Source of the DNA: Candidatus Zhuqueibacterota bacterium
GTDB lineage: Bacteria; Zhuqueibacterota; Zhuqueibacteria; Oceanimicrobiales; Oceanimicrobiaceae
DNA length: 64,000 bases
Reading direction: 5' to 3'
NCBI GenBank assembly: GCA_029261995.1
Contig: JAJDAF010000010.1
Span: 196,767 to 260,766 of the forward strand
Part shown: positions 18,542 through 27,769 of the stretch, one piece after another
Layout: every line of letters begins with the position of its first letter
Position numbering within the stretch: the first letter of the stretch is position 1
Notes under the pieces: generated by a model
The model's input: only the letters and a program-made list of their open reading frames with translations
The model's database searches: none
Told to the model about the DNA's origin: nothing
Translations under genes and position numbers: made by a program

Positions 18542-21487
18542 ATGACGAAGCGTGAATTATGCCTGGCAGCAACCGTTCTGCTATTTGGCGCCAGCCTGCA
18601 CCTTGTGCGGGCATCGGACGATGCGGTGGACGAGACGCGTTTTCTCAGCAACGTGCGTCAACTCATTTACGAAGGGAACCGCTCCGGGGAAGGTTACTTT
18701 TCCCCGGACGGCAATGCACTTGTCTTTCAGAGTGAACGCGAGGCAGACAACCCATTTTTTCAAATCTACATACTCGATCTGGAAACCGGAGACAGCCACC
18801 GGGTTTCGACTGGCAGAGGCAAAACTACCTGCGCATTTTTTCGAAGTGGTGGCCAGCAGGTGCTGTTCGGCTCTACACATCTCGACCCACAGGTCGTGAC
18901 ACACGAGAAGGATGAGTTGGATTTTCGTGCGTCAGGAAAGAAGAAAAGATATTCGTGGGACTACGATGTGCACATGGATATCTTTGGCGCCCAGCGCGAC
19001 GGCAGTGCTCTTTCCCGACTGACTGATGCCAAAGGCTACGACGCGGAGGGCTCCTACTCTCCGGACGGCAGCAAGATTGTCTTCTGCTCATTGCGTGATG
19101 CCTACACGGAAGAACTATCATCCGAGGATCAGAAGCGGTTGGAGGTGGACCCATCATACTTTGGCGAAATCTACATCATGAACGCCGACGGGTCAAACCA
19201 GACCAGACTCACCAACTCGCCGGGCTACGATGGCGGCCCGTTTTTTACCCCGGACGGTGACCGGATTGTCTGGCGCCGTTTCGACGAAAGCGGTATGATC
19301 GCCGATGTTTACACCATGAAGCTTGACGGTTTGGACGTGCGCAAGATCACCGAGTTCGGGTCCATGTCATGGGCGCCGTATTTTCATCCATCCGGCAAGT
19401 ACATTTTGTTTGCTTCGAACAAGCACGGCTTCAGCAATTTCGAAATTTTTATGGTCGATGCTCTGGGTGAGCATGAGCCTGTTCGGGTGACTTTTTCGGA
19501 CGGGTTTGACGGCCTGCCGGTTTTTTCTCCCGACGGTATGAAACTGACCTGGACCAGCGGCCGTACCGGCGACAAGAAATCGCAGATTTTTATCGCTGGC
19601 TGGAACCACCCGGAGGCGCTTGCCGCGCTCAAGGGGTCACCAGCACGTGTCAATGGTATGACAAAGGCCAGCTCTTCGGCTCCGACGCAATCAGGCGCCA
19701 CCGCAAACGGCCTTTCATCTCAAATCGCCTCCAGTGATTTTGAAAAAACAGTAGGCTACCTCGCCTCTGATAAACTCGAGGGCCGGATGTCTGGCTCAAA
19801 CGGCACCAAGCTGGCGGCAGACTACATCGTGGAACGGTTCAAAGATGCCGGGTTGCAGCCGCTCGCCGGTTCTGAATCTTACCGTCAGGAATTCGAATTC
19901 ACCGCAGGCATGAAGCTCAGGAAAGGGCAAAACCACCTTGAGTTGACCTCCGACAACGATGCCCAAAGCTTCCAGGTAGACACGGACTTTCGTCCTCTCG
20001 CCTTCTCCAGCGAGGGCGAAGTGGAAGGAGATGTCGTTTTTGCCGGCTACGGCCTTTCCGTACCCGGCGATGGCGCTCAGGCTGCGGATTCCTATTCGGG
20101 CCTTGACGTCAAAGACAAAGTCGTTCTGGTTTTGCGCTACGTTCCAGAAGATGTCGAGATGGACCGCCGCCAGGAGCTGAATCGTTATGCGGGATTGCGC
20201 TACAAGGCCATGATCGCCCGTGAGCACGGCGCCAAAGCTCTTTTGGCAGTCACTGGCCCGAACTCGCCAAAACCCGGCAAACTCGTGCCGCTTTCCTACG
20301 ATAACAGCTCCGCCAATTCCGGAATTGTTGTTGCTTCCGTCAGTGGCGCGGTGGCTGACGCATTGTTTGCAAAATCCGGGAAAACCCTTGCTGAGGTCCA
20401 GACGGAGCTTGACCGTGAGAATCCGCACTACGAGGGTCATTTCGCTTTGCCTGAAGTCGGCGTGAAGATGCAAACCGGGGTTGAGCGCATCAAGAAGAAG
20501 GATTACAACGTGGTAGGTGTTTTGCCGGCTACGAACGGTGGAACCGGCGAGTCTATTGTGATCGGGGCCCACTACGACCACATCGGCTTCGGAGAAATCG
20601 GCTCGCTTGCCAGAAAGGGCGAGGAAGGTAAAATCCACAATGGTGCTGACGACAATGCTTCCGGCACCTCCACAGTGCTTGAGCTGGCGGCCTCGCTCGC
20701 GGAGATGCAGAAAACCAAACCTGATGCTTTCCGCCGGGACTTGGTGTTTGCGCTCTGGTCAGGCGAAGAGTTGGGCATTATTGGCTCGTCGGAGTTTGTG
20801 AAGCAGGCTGCTCTGCCCGTCGAACAGATTGCCGCCTATCTCAATTTCGACATGGTTGGACGACTGAAAGAGAACAGACTCATGTTGCAGGGCATGGGTT
20901 CGTCTTCCGCATGGCGTAAATTGGTAGAGAAGAAGAACGTCGTCGCCGGTTTCAATCTCGTGATTCAAGACGACCCTTACCAGCCTACTGACGTGACCGC
21001 CTTTTATCCCAAAGGCGTACCGGTGATGAGTTTTTTCACCGGCAGTCACGAAGATTATAACCGTCCTACGGATGACCCCGAGACGCTCAATTATGCCGGC
21101 CTCGAGCGCATCGGCAAGTTTGCGAAATTGCTGCTCACGGATCTACTCAAGGCGGAAGAAAGGCCGGACTACGTCAAGGTTGAGCGGGTCAAGAGCCGCG
21201 GCGGCAGCCGGGAGTCGATGCGGGCCTATCTGGGCACCATTCCCGACTATGTTGGTGAGGGCTCCAGCGGTGTCAAGCTGTCCGGTGTCAGCACCGGCGG
21301 GCCAGCCGATAAGGCAGGGCTTCTTGGTGGCGATGTCATCGTGGAGTTCGCGGGCAAAGAAATCACAAATATCTACGACTATACTTATGCAATCGATGCC
21401 ATTAAAATTGGCGTGGCCGTCGAAATGGTAGTACTCCGCGGCGACGAAAAAGTAAAGTTGACCATAGTGCCCGAAGCTCGGGAATAG
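18542..21487 (+). CDS. Secreted multidomain peptidase: TolB-like beta-propeller + PA + M28 Zn-aminopeptidase + C-terminal PDZ
   Basis: A signal peptide is followed by repeated PD40/TolB-like blades (YFSPDG, SYSPDGSKIVF, FFTPDGDRIVW, YFHPSGKYILF, VFSPDGMKLTW). Then come M28 motifs (HYDHIGFG, NGADDNASGTSTVLELA, SGEELGIIGS) and a PDZ domain (GSSGVKLSGVSTGGPADKAGLLGGDVIVEFAGKEI). Confidence 0.75.
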   Translation: MTKRELCLAATVLLFGASLHLVRASDDAVDETRFLSNVRQLIYEGNRSGEGYFSPDGNALVFQSEREADNPFFQIYILDLETGDSHRVSTGRGKTTCAFFRSGGQQVLFGSTHLDPQVVTHEKDELDFRASGKKKRYSWDYDVHMDIFGAQRDGSALSRLTDAKGYDAEGSYSPDGSKIVFCSLRDAYTEELSSEDQKRLEVDPSYFGEIYIMNADGSNQTRLTNSPGYDGGPFFTPDGDRIVWRRFDESGMIADVYTMKLDGLDVRKITEFGSMSWAPYFHPSGKYILFASNKHGFSNFEIFMVDALGEHEPVRVTFSDGFDGLPVFSPDGMKLTWTSGRTGDKKSQIFIAGWNHPEALAALKGSPARVNGMTKASSSAPTQSGATANGLSSQIASSDFEKTVGYLASDKLEGRMSGSNGTKLAADYIVERFKDAGLQPLAGSESYRQEFEFTAGMKLRKGQNHLELTSDNDAQSFQVDTDFRPLAFSSEGEVEGDVVFAGYGLSVPGDGAQAADSYSGLDVKDKVVLVLRYVPEDVEMDRRQELNRYAGLRYKAMIAREHGAKALLAVTGPNSPKPGKLVPLSYDNSSANSGIVVASVSGAVADALFAKSGKTLAEVQTELDRENPHYEGHFALPEVGVKMQTGVERIKKKDYNVVGVLPATNGGTGESIVIGAHYDHIGFGEIGSLARKGEEGKIHNGADDNASGTSTVLELAASLAEMQKTKPDAFRRDLVFALWSGEELGIIGSSEFVKQAALPVEQIAAYLNFDMVGRLKENRLMLQGMGSSSAWRKLVEKKNVVAGFNLVIQDDPYQPTDVTAFYPKGVPVMSFFTGSHEDYNRPTDDPETLNYAGLERIGKFAKLLLTDLLKAEERPDYVKVERVKSRGGSRESMRAYLGTIPDYVGEGSSGVKLSGVSTGGPADKAGLLGGDVIVEFAGKEITNIYDYTYAIDAIKIGVAVEMVVLRGDEKVKLTIVPEARE

Positions 21488-21546
21488 AGCGGACGGTACG
21501 GGTTCGCCGAAACTCAGTATTCTAAATTAACAACACGGAGGGAGTA

Positions 21547-21744
21547 ATGGCAGGACAAGGTTCTGGAGGCAACGTAATTGCAGCGCTGGCGAGCTTTTTC
21601 ATTCCCGGCTTGGGGCAATTGCTGCAGGGCAGGCTGATGATGGCCATCATCCATTTTGTTGTCGCGGGTGTGCTTTGGATTTTCCTGCTCGGCTGGATTA
21701 TTCACTTGTGGTCAATTCTTGACGCAGCGAGATTCAAAGGGTAG
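21547..21744 (+). CDS. Small membrane protein with GxGQ motif (TM2-like)
   Basis: 65 aa, two hydrophobic helices and the motif FFIPGLGQLLQGR. A good RBS (ggag) lies upstream. Confidence 0.3.
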   Translation: MAGQGSGGNVIAALASFFIPGLGQLLQGRLMMAIIHFVVAGVLWIFLLGWIIHLWSILDAARFKG

Positions 21745-21753
21745 GCCTGAACC

Positions 21754-22908
21754 ATGATCGAAAACCTTTCAACTTCGCAGTTCCTGACTCTACTCGAGAA
21801 AGTATTTGCACCTTCGGCGAGCGACCGCGTGTTTCGTATTCTGGTCGATTTGCCGAGTGGTTCCGTACCAGACACAGCGGCGTGGCGCGACCGGCGGCAA
21901 ATCGCGGGCGAGTGGCTCAAGCTGGTGCAGGAGGGGCTGGACAAGTTGCCCTTCTCGCAAGCACAAATGCTATACATGGAAAACAGTGGCAGCAACAACG
22001 CCCAATTTCGGACAGATGGATATTTTTGGGAAGGCGATGCGGAAGATGCTAGCTTCGACAGGCTCAAAACAGATGGGCGGAAAGTCGACCTCGCCGCGAC
22101 ACTGTCTGCTACAAACATTATTTTGGCGCCAACACAATTTTCTCCCACCGCGCCGCTCAAGCTGCTTGCGCGCGTGGCAGGATTCCGCGCTGCGTCGATG
22201 CCGGGATTTAGCCGCGACATGATTCCTGCTCTCGGGCTCGATTACGAAGTGGTGCACCAACGCGTCATGGCCGTGAAAACACGCCTTGATGAAGCGCAGG
22301 CCTGTCATATTCTCTTTGATGCAGATGGCAGCCGTTTTGAGTTGTTTGCGGATTTGCGCCACCGCCAGGGACACGCCAGCAGTGGTCTCCTGCGTGATGC
22401 GGCCACTGCAACCAATCTGCCGAGTGGAGAATCTTACATTGTGCCGTACGAAGGTGAGTTGCGGGATGCGAGCCTGACAAAAGGCATGCTGCCGGTTCAA
22501 TTCGGAGATGAGATCGTCATTTACCGGGTAGAGGCGAACCGGGCTGTCGATGTCACCAGCAGCGGAGAGGCTTCAGTGCGCGAGCGCAGCAGGTTGAAGG
22601 AAGAACCGGCCTATGGCAACATCGCCGAACTTGGTTTTGGCGTCCTGCGACCATTTGGCATCAAGCCGGTGGGTGTGGTTTTGCTGGACGAAAAATTGGG
22701 CCTGCACATCGCGTTTGGCCGTAGCGACCATTTCGGTGGCGCCACTTCGCCAGAGAGTTTCAAGGATGCAAAGAATGTCGTGCATATCGACCGAATATAC
22801 ATTCCTGACATGCAGGACAAGGTCGTGGCCCGTGAAGTTCGTTTTGCGTATCCGGACGGACGAGAAGAAGTGGTGATTCGGGATGGTGAACTGCTGCAGT
22901 TTGAATAG
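21754..22908 (+). CDS. Hypothetical protein, weak resemblance to M29 (AmpS/PepS) aminopeptidase family
   Basis: 384 aa. Motifs NLPSGESYIVPYEG and HIAFGRSDH recall conserved M29 aminopeptidase segments. This is not verified. Confidence 0.35.
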   Translation: MIENLSTSQFLTLLEKVFAPSASDRVFRILVDLPSGSVPDTAAWRDRRQIAGEWLKLVQEGLDKLPFSQAQMLYMENSGSNNAQFRTDGYFWEGDAEDASFDRLKTDGRKVDLAATLSATNIILAPTQFSPTAPLKLLARVAGFRAASMPGFSRDMIPALGLDYEVVHQRVMAVKTRLDEAQACHILFDADGSRFELFADLRHRQGHASSGLLRDAATATNLPSGESYIVPYEGELRDASLTKGMLPVQFGDEIVIYRVEANRAVDVTSSGEASVRERSRLKEEPAYGNIAELGFGVLRPFGIKPVGVVLLDEKLGLHIAFGRSDHFGGATSPESFKDAKNVVHIDRIYIPDMQDKVVAREVRFAYPDGREEVVIRDGELLQFE

Positions 22909-22967
22909 GTGAAGGTTCCGCCGGGCAGCACGAACCGTCCGGCGGAAAAAGTGGGCTCGCCGGCCAG

Positions 22968-24122
22968 TTAGGCCAGTGTTTCGCTAAGCTTCTGGATTAC
23001 GATGTCCAGCTCTTCAAAGGAAACGTTGAGCGGCGGAAACACGCGGACGACGGTTGAGCCTGCCGGGAAAACCAGCACGCCCCTATCCAGAAGCTCAAGA
23101 ATGACCGGTTGCGCTTTTACCTTCAACTCGATGCCGAACATTAATCCCAGATTTCGAATTTCGCGAACCTTGCTCAGGTTTCTGGCGGTCAGTTTCTCGG
23201 CAAGATAGTCACCCTTTTCCCTCGCCTGTTGCGCCAGGTTTTCTTCCTGCATTACCTCGATGGTTGCGAGCGCCGCCGCGCAGGCAAGCGGGTTGCCCCC
23301 GAAAGTCGTTCCATGGCGGCCGACGGGCACCTCGATTTTGTCTGAGCAAACCACGGCGCCCATTGGCATTCCGCCCGCGATCCCTTTCGCCACGCACAGC
23401 ATGTCCGGCTCCAAATCAAAGTACTCGCAGGCGAACATCTTGCCGGTCCTGCAAAAGCCCGTCTGAATTTCATCAACGATAAACAGGCAGCCTGCTTGAT
23501 CGCAGAGCGCTCTGACTTCGTGCAGGAATTCGGCATCCGCGATGTTGACGCCGCCTTCGCCCTGCACGAGTTCGAGAATCACGGCCGCCGTCTTGTCCGT
23601 GACTTTTTCTCTGAATTTTTCGATGTTGTTGAAGGGCGCAAAACTGAACCCGGAAATCAAGGGTTCATATGGCTGCTTGTATTCTGTTTTGAAAGTAGCG
23701 CTCATTGCGCCGAATGTTCGACCGTGAAATCCGCGCATGGCACAGACGAAGTCGGTCTTGCCTGTAGAGAATCTGCTGAATTTTAGCGCCGCTTCGACTG
23801 CTTCCGTACCCGAGTTGCACAGGAATGCGCGGGAAAGATTTTTCGGTGTAATGCCGATCAGTTTTTCGAGCAACTCCGCCCTTTTATCGTTGTAGAATAC
23901 GTTTGGACAAGTCACGAGCGTCTCAGCCTGTTGGGCAATTGCACGGCTAACCTTCGGGTGTGCGTGTCCGACGTTCGAAACACCGTGTCCGCAAACGCAG
24001 TCGAGATAAGTGTTGCCTGCTTCATCCCAGACCGTGGCTCCTTTGCCTCGAACGATGGCCACGTTGCGCTTGTGATAAACGTCGAACTCGTAGGCCTGCT
24101 GTTTTTCGATTGCGTTTTGCAT
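22968..24122 (-). CDS. argD: Class-III PLP-dependent aminotransferase, acetylornithine/ornithine aminotransferase-like
   Basis: Motifs DEAGNTYLDCVCGHGVSNVGHAHP, the PLP-lysine region IFIVDEIQTGFCRTGKMFA and TTFGGNPLACAAA fit ArgD/LysJ/RocD. Specificity is unresolved. Confidence 0.75.
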   Translation of the reverse strand: MQNAIEKQQAYEFDVYHKRNVAIVRGKGATVWDEAGNTYLDCVCGHGVSNVGHAHPKVSRAIAQQAETLVTCPNVFYNDKRAELLEKLIGITPKNLSRAFLCNSGTEAVEAALKFSRFSTGKTDFVCAMRGFHGRTFGAMSATFKTEYKQPYEPLISGFSFAPFNNIEKFREKVTDKTAAVILELVQGEGGVNIADAEFLHEVRALCDQAGCLFIVDEIQTGFCRTGKMFACEYFDLEPDMLCVAKGIAGGMPMGAVVCSDKIEVPVGRHGTTFGGNPLACAAALATIEVMQEENLAQQAREKGDYLAEKLTARNLSKVREIRNLGLMFGIELKVKAQPVILELLDRGVLVFPAGSTVVRVFPPLNVSFEELDIVIQKLSETLA

Positions 24123-24136
24123 AATATTCCTTTTGG

Positions 24137-24769
24137 CTAGAAAACCTTAATTGAACCGTTTGGAATGGATTGCCAGCCGCTCTCGCCTGGGTAAGGCTCG
24201 GAGCAGATAATGGTGGCGCCGTTCTGCTTACGACGCAAGGTGAAGTACTCGGGGTCTTCACCAAAAAATGAGGCGACGTAGACTTTGTGGCGATCCGTGA
24301 TGATGATGTTCATCGCGCGGACGTAATCAGTACGCTTTCGGATGACTTGCAGACCTTTCGTCAACGCCGCTTGCATGTCGCCACGGTCGAAACGCTTGAT
24401 CGTGTTGAAGACCTTCTCTGCCCCAATCCTGCCCTCAGCCTTGATCTTGACGCCGCGCAATTCTCCGTTAAACGCAAAAACGTACTTTTTGTCATGAAAC
24501 GGCATGTTGTTTTCGAGGGTGACATCGGTATCCTGAAACGCGCTACGGGCGTGTGCAAGGAATTGCGTGGTGTCGGGGAATTGCGAGAAATCGTCTTGCC
24601 AGATCGGCTGAATGTTCTTGTAGACTTGCCATTCGCCATTCTCCAGGTAAGCGCAACCCCAGCCATCGCCCTGATACTCCTTGCTGTTCTCGCAGATCTG
24701 GGAGAATCTTGAAAGATGGTCCGGCATGGCGATTTCGGTTTCTGACCGGATGAAGAGAAGCCTGCACAC
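24137..24769 (-). CDS. Class-II (Ntn) glutamine amidotransferase domain protein, YafJ-type
   Basis: The N-terminal Met-Cys (MCRLL) catalytic nucleophile and the DGWGCAY motif are present in a ~210-aa protein. Confidence 0.7.
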   Translation of the reverse strand: MCRLLFIRSETEIAMPDHLSRFSQICENSKEYQGDGWGCAYLENGEWQVYKNIQPIWQDDFSQFPDTTQFLAHARSAFQDTDVTLENNMPFHDKKYVFAFNGELRGVKIKAEGRIGAEKVFNTIKRFDRGDMQAALTKGLQVIRKRTDYVRAMNIIITDRHKVYVASFFGEDPEYFTLRRKQNGATIICSEPYPGESGWQSIPNGSIKVF

Positions 24770-24907
24770 TGGTATTAAGCCGTTTTGGTCATCAGTTTTT
24801 TTGTTTTCAAAACAGACCGGTAAGTATATGAAACAAACACGTTTTTCTCAAGAAGATTTTGCGAAAACTGTTTTGTGGGTAGGCTGAATGTGAGATCGCG
24901 AGTAGCG

Positions 24908-24960
24908 AAATAAAAAGCCGCTGAGAGGAAGGGTCCCTAAGGGCCCCTCCTCTCAGCGGC
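24908..24960 (-). terminator. Rho-independent terminator downstream of the 24991..26721 gene
   Basis: A perfect 13-bp stem (gccgctgagagga...tcctctcagcggc) is followed on the minus strand by a T tract (aaataaaaa on the plus strand). Confidence 0.7.
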
Positions 24961-24990
24961 TAGTTTCCTTGATGATTGAGTGCTTGCTGG

Positions 24991-26721
24991 TCAGTTCCCG
25001 CGATAAATCAGTTTGAATCCGAGGACCCAGACGCTCTCGGGACCAATGATCTTGCCGTTGATGAATTGCGGGTACCGTTTTGCTATCAGGCCGTAATGGT
25101 AGATGTTCACGTAATGCGTGCCCGGGCTCAGTACAAAGATCCCGCTTGCTCGCTTCGATGTGTGCGGGTCGCCTGGTTCGTCCGGTACGACTTTGTATTC
25201 TCCGGCATTAGGGTCGAGCGGCAGATTGAATTCATCGCGGATCGTGCTGATATCGAGAAAGAAACTCTCATTACGCTGCACGTCACCACTGTTATACCAT
25301 GCCTCTGAGACGACTTCATAACGACCAGCTTTTTCGACCTCAAAGGTCGCTGCCTTCATGAATTTCATCTTGTCCTTTTCCGCATTTGCACGCACGTGAA
25401 CGTTAGCTTCCACTAGAATATCATCCACGACATCGATGACAGGCACGACGACCTCAATCGTGTCACTTGCTGAGGCGTATCCCGATTGGTTGAACGCGGT
25501 CGCCGTCACAATTCGGATGCCAGGAGAGTGGAATGTCGTTTGGGCGCTGCCAGACAATCCCGGATTATCGACATAATCCACTACGATGTAGTCTGCGTTC
25601 TGAGAGTGCCAGCTTATCGATGCGGCAGTATCCACAGTGACCCGGCGCGTGGTTGAAAGCATGACCACCGGGTGCGGTGGTAACGCCGCCTCTTTGACGA
25701 AGACGGAGTCTTTCTTAACGGTCAGGAGATTGTTCTCACCGTAAGCCGTCGCTGCGATGACCTTTTTGCCGGGAGTCTGGAACAGGATTTCTTCCGATCC
25801 AGAGGGGCCTCGGCCACCGATGCCATGGTCGAGAACAACCTGGTGGCCATCGGTTTGCCACTCCAAAATGGCTGGTGTGCCAAAATCAACGCTGTCCGCC
25901 AGAATAGAGAAGTTTAGACTAGGCGGAAACGCCACCACTTCCGAGATGTAGACCGAGTCTTTGATTTCAGTGGTCAGATTGTCCAGACTGTATGCGGTCG
26001 CGGTAAAAATCTTCATCCCAGCCGATGAACACCTGACCCGCTCCTTGCCGTTTGGGCCGCGAACCCCAATTCCCTGGTCGATGATGACTTGAAAACCGTC
26101 CGATTCCCAGGTTATCTCAAAATCTTCGCCTACATTCACGCTATCCAGAGCTATGCCAAATGCCAAAGTAGGTGTTTGCCCGGGTTGAGCCAGAGTCAGG
26201 TTGACGACTGTGGTTTTGCCCGTCTCAATCTCGATGTTCGGCTGTTCGGCAACGACCCCGGCTTTCTCGGCGCCAACACGGTACCGGCCGATGTGCAGTT
26301 GATGCACGGAAGTCTGCTCTTCTGTCTCGAATATGACATTGTCGTTTGAGTCCATGACTCTGACCAGCGCAGAATCTTGATCGACTGTGACAATCAATTG
26401 GCCCTCTCCCGGTGGCAGCGGATCGAGTATCGCCTCGACCACGTAAACTCTGCCGAGCTCCACGAGCAACTGTTCCGCATGAGCCAGGTAACCATCTCGT
26501 GAAACTCTCAAGGCATGCAACCCGGGTTGAATATCTTGAGCGCTGAACGGAGTAAAACCTTCCCTGGAACCATCGACGAAGACGTTTGCCGAATCAATCC
26601 GGATGCCGGCTTGGGTAATCGCTGTCACTTGCAGCGTCGTGCGGGTGTTGGGTTCAATTGGCAAGTCAGCCTTGCTGCAACCCAGCGCAACCGCGAATAG
26701 GGTCAACAGTAATGTTCTCAT
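24991..26721 (-). CDS. Lipoprotein with PEGA-like domain and three internal ~100-aa Ig-like repeats
   Basis: A lipobox signal (LFAVALGCS) is followed by a PEGA-like segment (NVFVDGSREGFTPF...PGLHALRVSRDGY). Three repeats follow (ITWESDGFQVIIDQGIGVRGPNGKE, LEWQTDGHQVVLDHGIGGRGPSGSE, ISWHSQNADYIVVDYVDNPGLSGS). The ATG at 26721 gives a proper signal peptide; the ORF track start is 26760. Confidence 0.5.
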   Translation of the reverse strand: MRTLLLTLFAVALGCSKADLPIEPNTRTTLQVTAITQAGIRIDSANVFVDGSREGFTPFSAQDIQPGLHALRVSRDGYLAHAEQLLVELGRVYVVEAILDPLPPGEGQLIVTVDQDSALVRVMDSNDNVIFETEEQTSVHQLHIGRYRVGAEKAGVVAEQPNIEIETGKTTVVNLTLAQPGQTPTLAFGIALDSVNVGEDFEITWESDGFQVIIDQGIGVRGPNGKERVRCSSAGMKIFTATAYSLDNLTTEIKDSVYISEVVAFPPSLNFSILADSVDFGTPAILEWQTDGHQVVLDHGIGGRGPSGSEEILFQTPGKKVIAATAYGENNLLTVKKDSVFVKEAALPPHPVVMLSTTRRVTVDTAASISWHSQNADYIVVDYVDNPGLSGSAQTTFHSPGIRIVTATAFNQSGYASASDTIEVVVPVIDVVDDILVEANVHVRANAEKDKMKFMKAATFEVEKAGRYEVVSEAWYNSGDVQRNESFFLDISTIRDEFNLPLDPNAGEYKVVPDEPGDPHTSKRASGIFVLSPGTHYVNIYHYGLIAKRYPQFINGKIIGPESVWVLGFKLIYRGN

Positions 26722-26770
26722 GACGAATCCCCCACCTGGTAATACTATGATACTTCTCATCGGTGGTCGC

Positions 26771-27769
26771 TTAGAACGCCTCGTTGATGTTAATGGTCAA
26801 GCCCAATGTTGTACCGAACTTCCATTTAGAACTTTCAAAAATGGAGTTGGAATTGGAATAGCTGAGCATCGGGTTGAACTCAAAGACACCTTCCTTGATG
26901 ACGATGCCGCTGGACAGTCCGGTCGTCTTAAAGGACCAATCGTCGGTATCCGTAAAGAATTCCCAGCCGCGAAACACGCCTGCGGAGATGCCAAAGGTAC
27001 TGGTCTTCATGTGCTTAATGCCGATGTGAACGAATGACTCAGACTGGTTTCCACTGGTGGTCGAAATTGTCCAAGGTGTCACGCCGCCCTGCAAGATGAA
27101 AGATGTCTTGTTAATGATGATGCCGAGCGCGATTGACGGTGATAGCAGACCACCACCGGACGCTGATTTCCAGGTCCAAACCCCCCCCTGCAGAAACCAG
27201 TCGAAATGGCTGGTGCGTTCTTTCTGGAAGTAGCCGTTGGCGACTCCCGTACCCTGCGTTTCGATTATCGGGTGAATCGTCTTAAACTTATCTTCGAGTT
27301 TGGCCAGCTTATTGTTCAAGTCATTGTTTCGGTCTTTGATCTCGGTGAGATCTTTCTTGTATTGTTCGCGCGAGATTTTTCTTGACCACACGACTTTGAC
27401 ACCAGCAATATTCTCATGCGTCACGCCGACGTTCCCACGTTCATATCTTGCTCTCAGAGCTCTGGCACGTCCAAGTCTTTTGGCGTCGTTCCAGGCTTCA
27501 GAGATTTGCGTGTGAACGCTGCGTCCATTCATGACCCAACCGACACTGTCAGCCGCACCAAGAAATGTGACTTCGATGTTTTGGTTATTCATCAGTTGGT
27601 CCAGGGCTGCGAGTGCATCGTGATCTATCTGGGCAGTTGTCAGAGAAGTACTTCCTGGCTCAAACGTCTTGATCCAGAGCACGCCGGATGTTTGCGAAGA
27701 GGCTGTCCCAAACAAGACAAGGGCTAGAAGTACCGTTGCAGTTTGTATGAGCCGTTTCATTTCTATCAC
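26771..27769 (-). CDS. Secreted protein: N-terminal OmpA_C-like segment + C-terminal beta-barrel-like domain ending in Phe
   Basis: It has a signal peptide and an N-terminal segment with OmpA-like residues (EVTFLGAADSVGW...NDAKRLGRARALRARY). The C-terminal half is rich in alternating aromatic/Gly beta-strands and ends ...NINEAF. It is the first gene of a two-gene operon. Confidence 0.35.
   Translation of the reverse strand: MIEMKRLIQTATVLLALVLFGTASSQTSGVLWIKTFEPGSTSLTTAQIDHDALAALDQLMNNQNIEVTFLGAADSVGWVMNGRSVHTQISEAWNDAKRLGRARALRARYERGNVGVTHENIAGVKVVWSRKISREQYKKDLTEIKDRNNDLNNKLAKLEDKFKTIHPIIETQGTGVANGYFQKERTSHFDWFLQGGVWTWKSASGGGLLSPSIALGIIINKTSFILQGGVTPWTISTTSGNQSESFVHIGIKHMKTSTFGISAGVFRGWEFFTDTDDWSFKTTGLSSGIVIKEGVFEFNPMLSYSNSNSIFESSKWKFGTTLGLTININEAF

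Noticed and set aside
19796-20638. 280-aa minus-strand ORF
   Set aside because: Antisense to the M28 peptidase domain of the 18542..21487 gene.
21970-22500. 176-aa minus-strand ORF and neighbouring small ORFs
   Set aside because: Embedded in and antisense to the 21754..22908 gene, with no independent support.
22909-22967. Hairpin ccgccggg...ccggcgg between the convergent M29-like and argD-like genes
   Set aside because: It is imperfect and not followed by a T tract on either strand, so it is not convincing as an intrinsic terminator.
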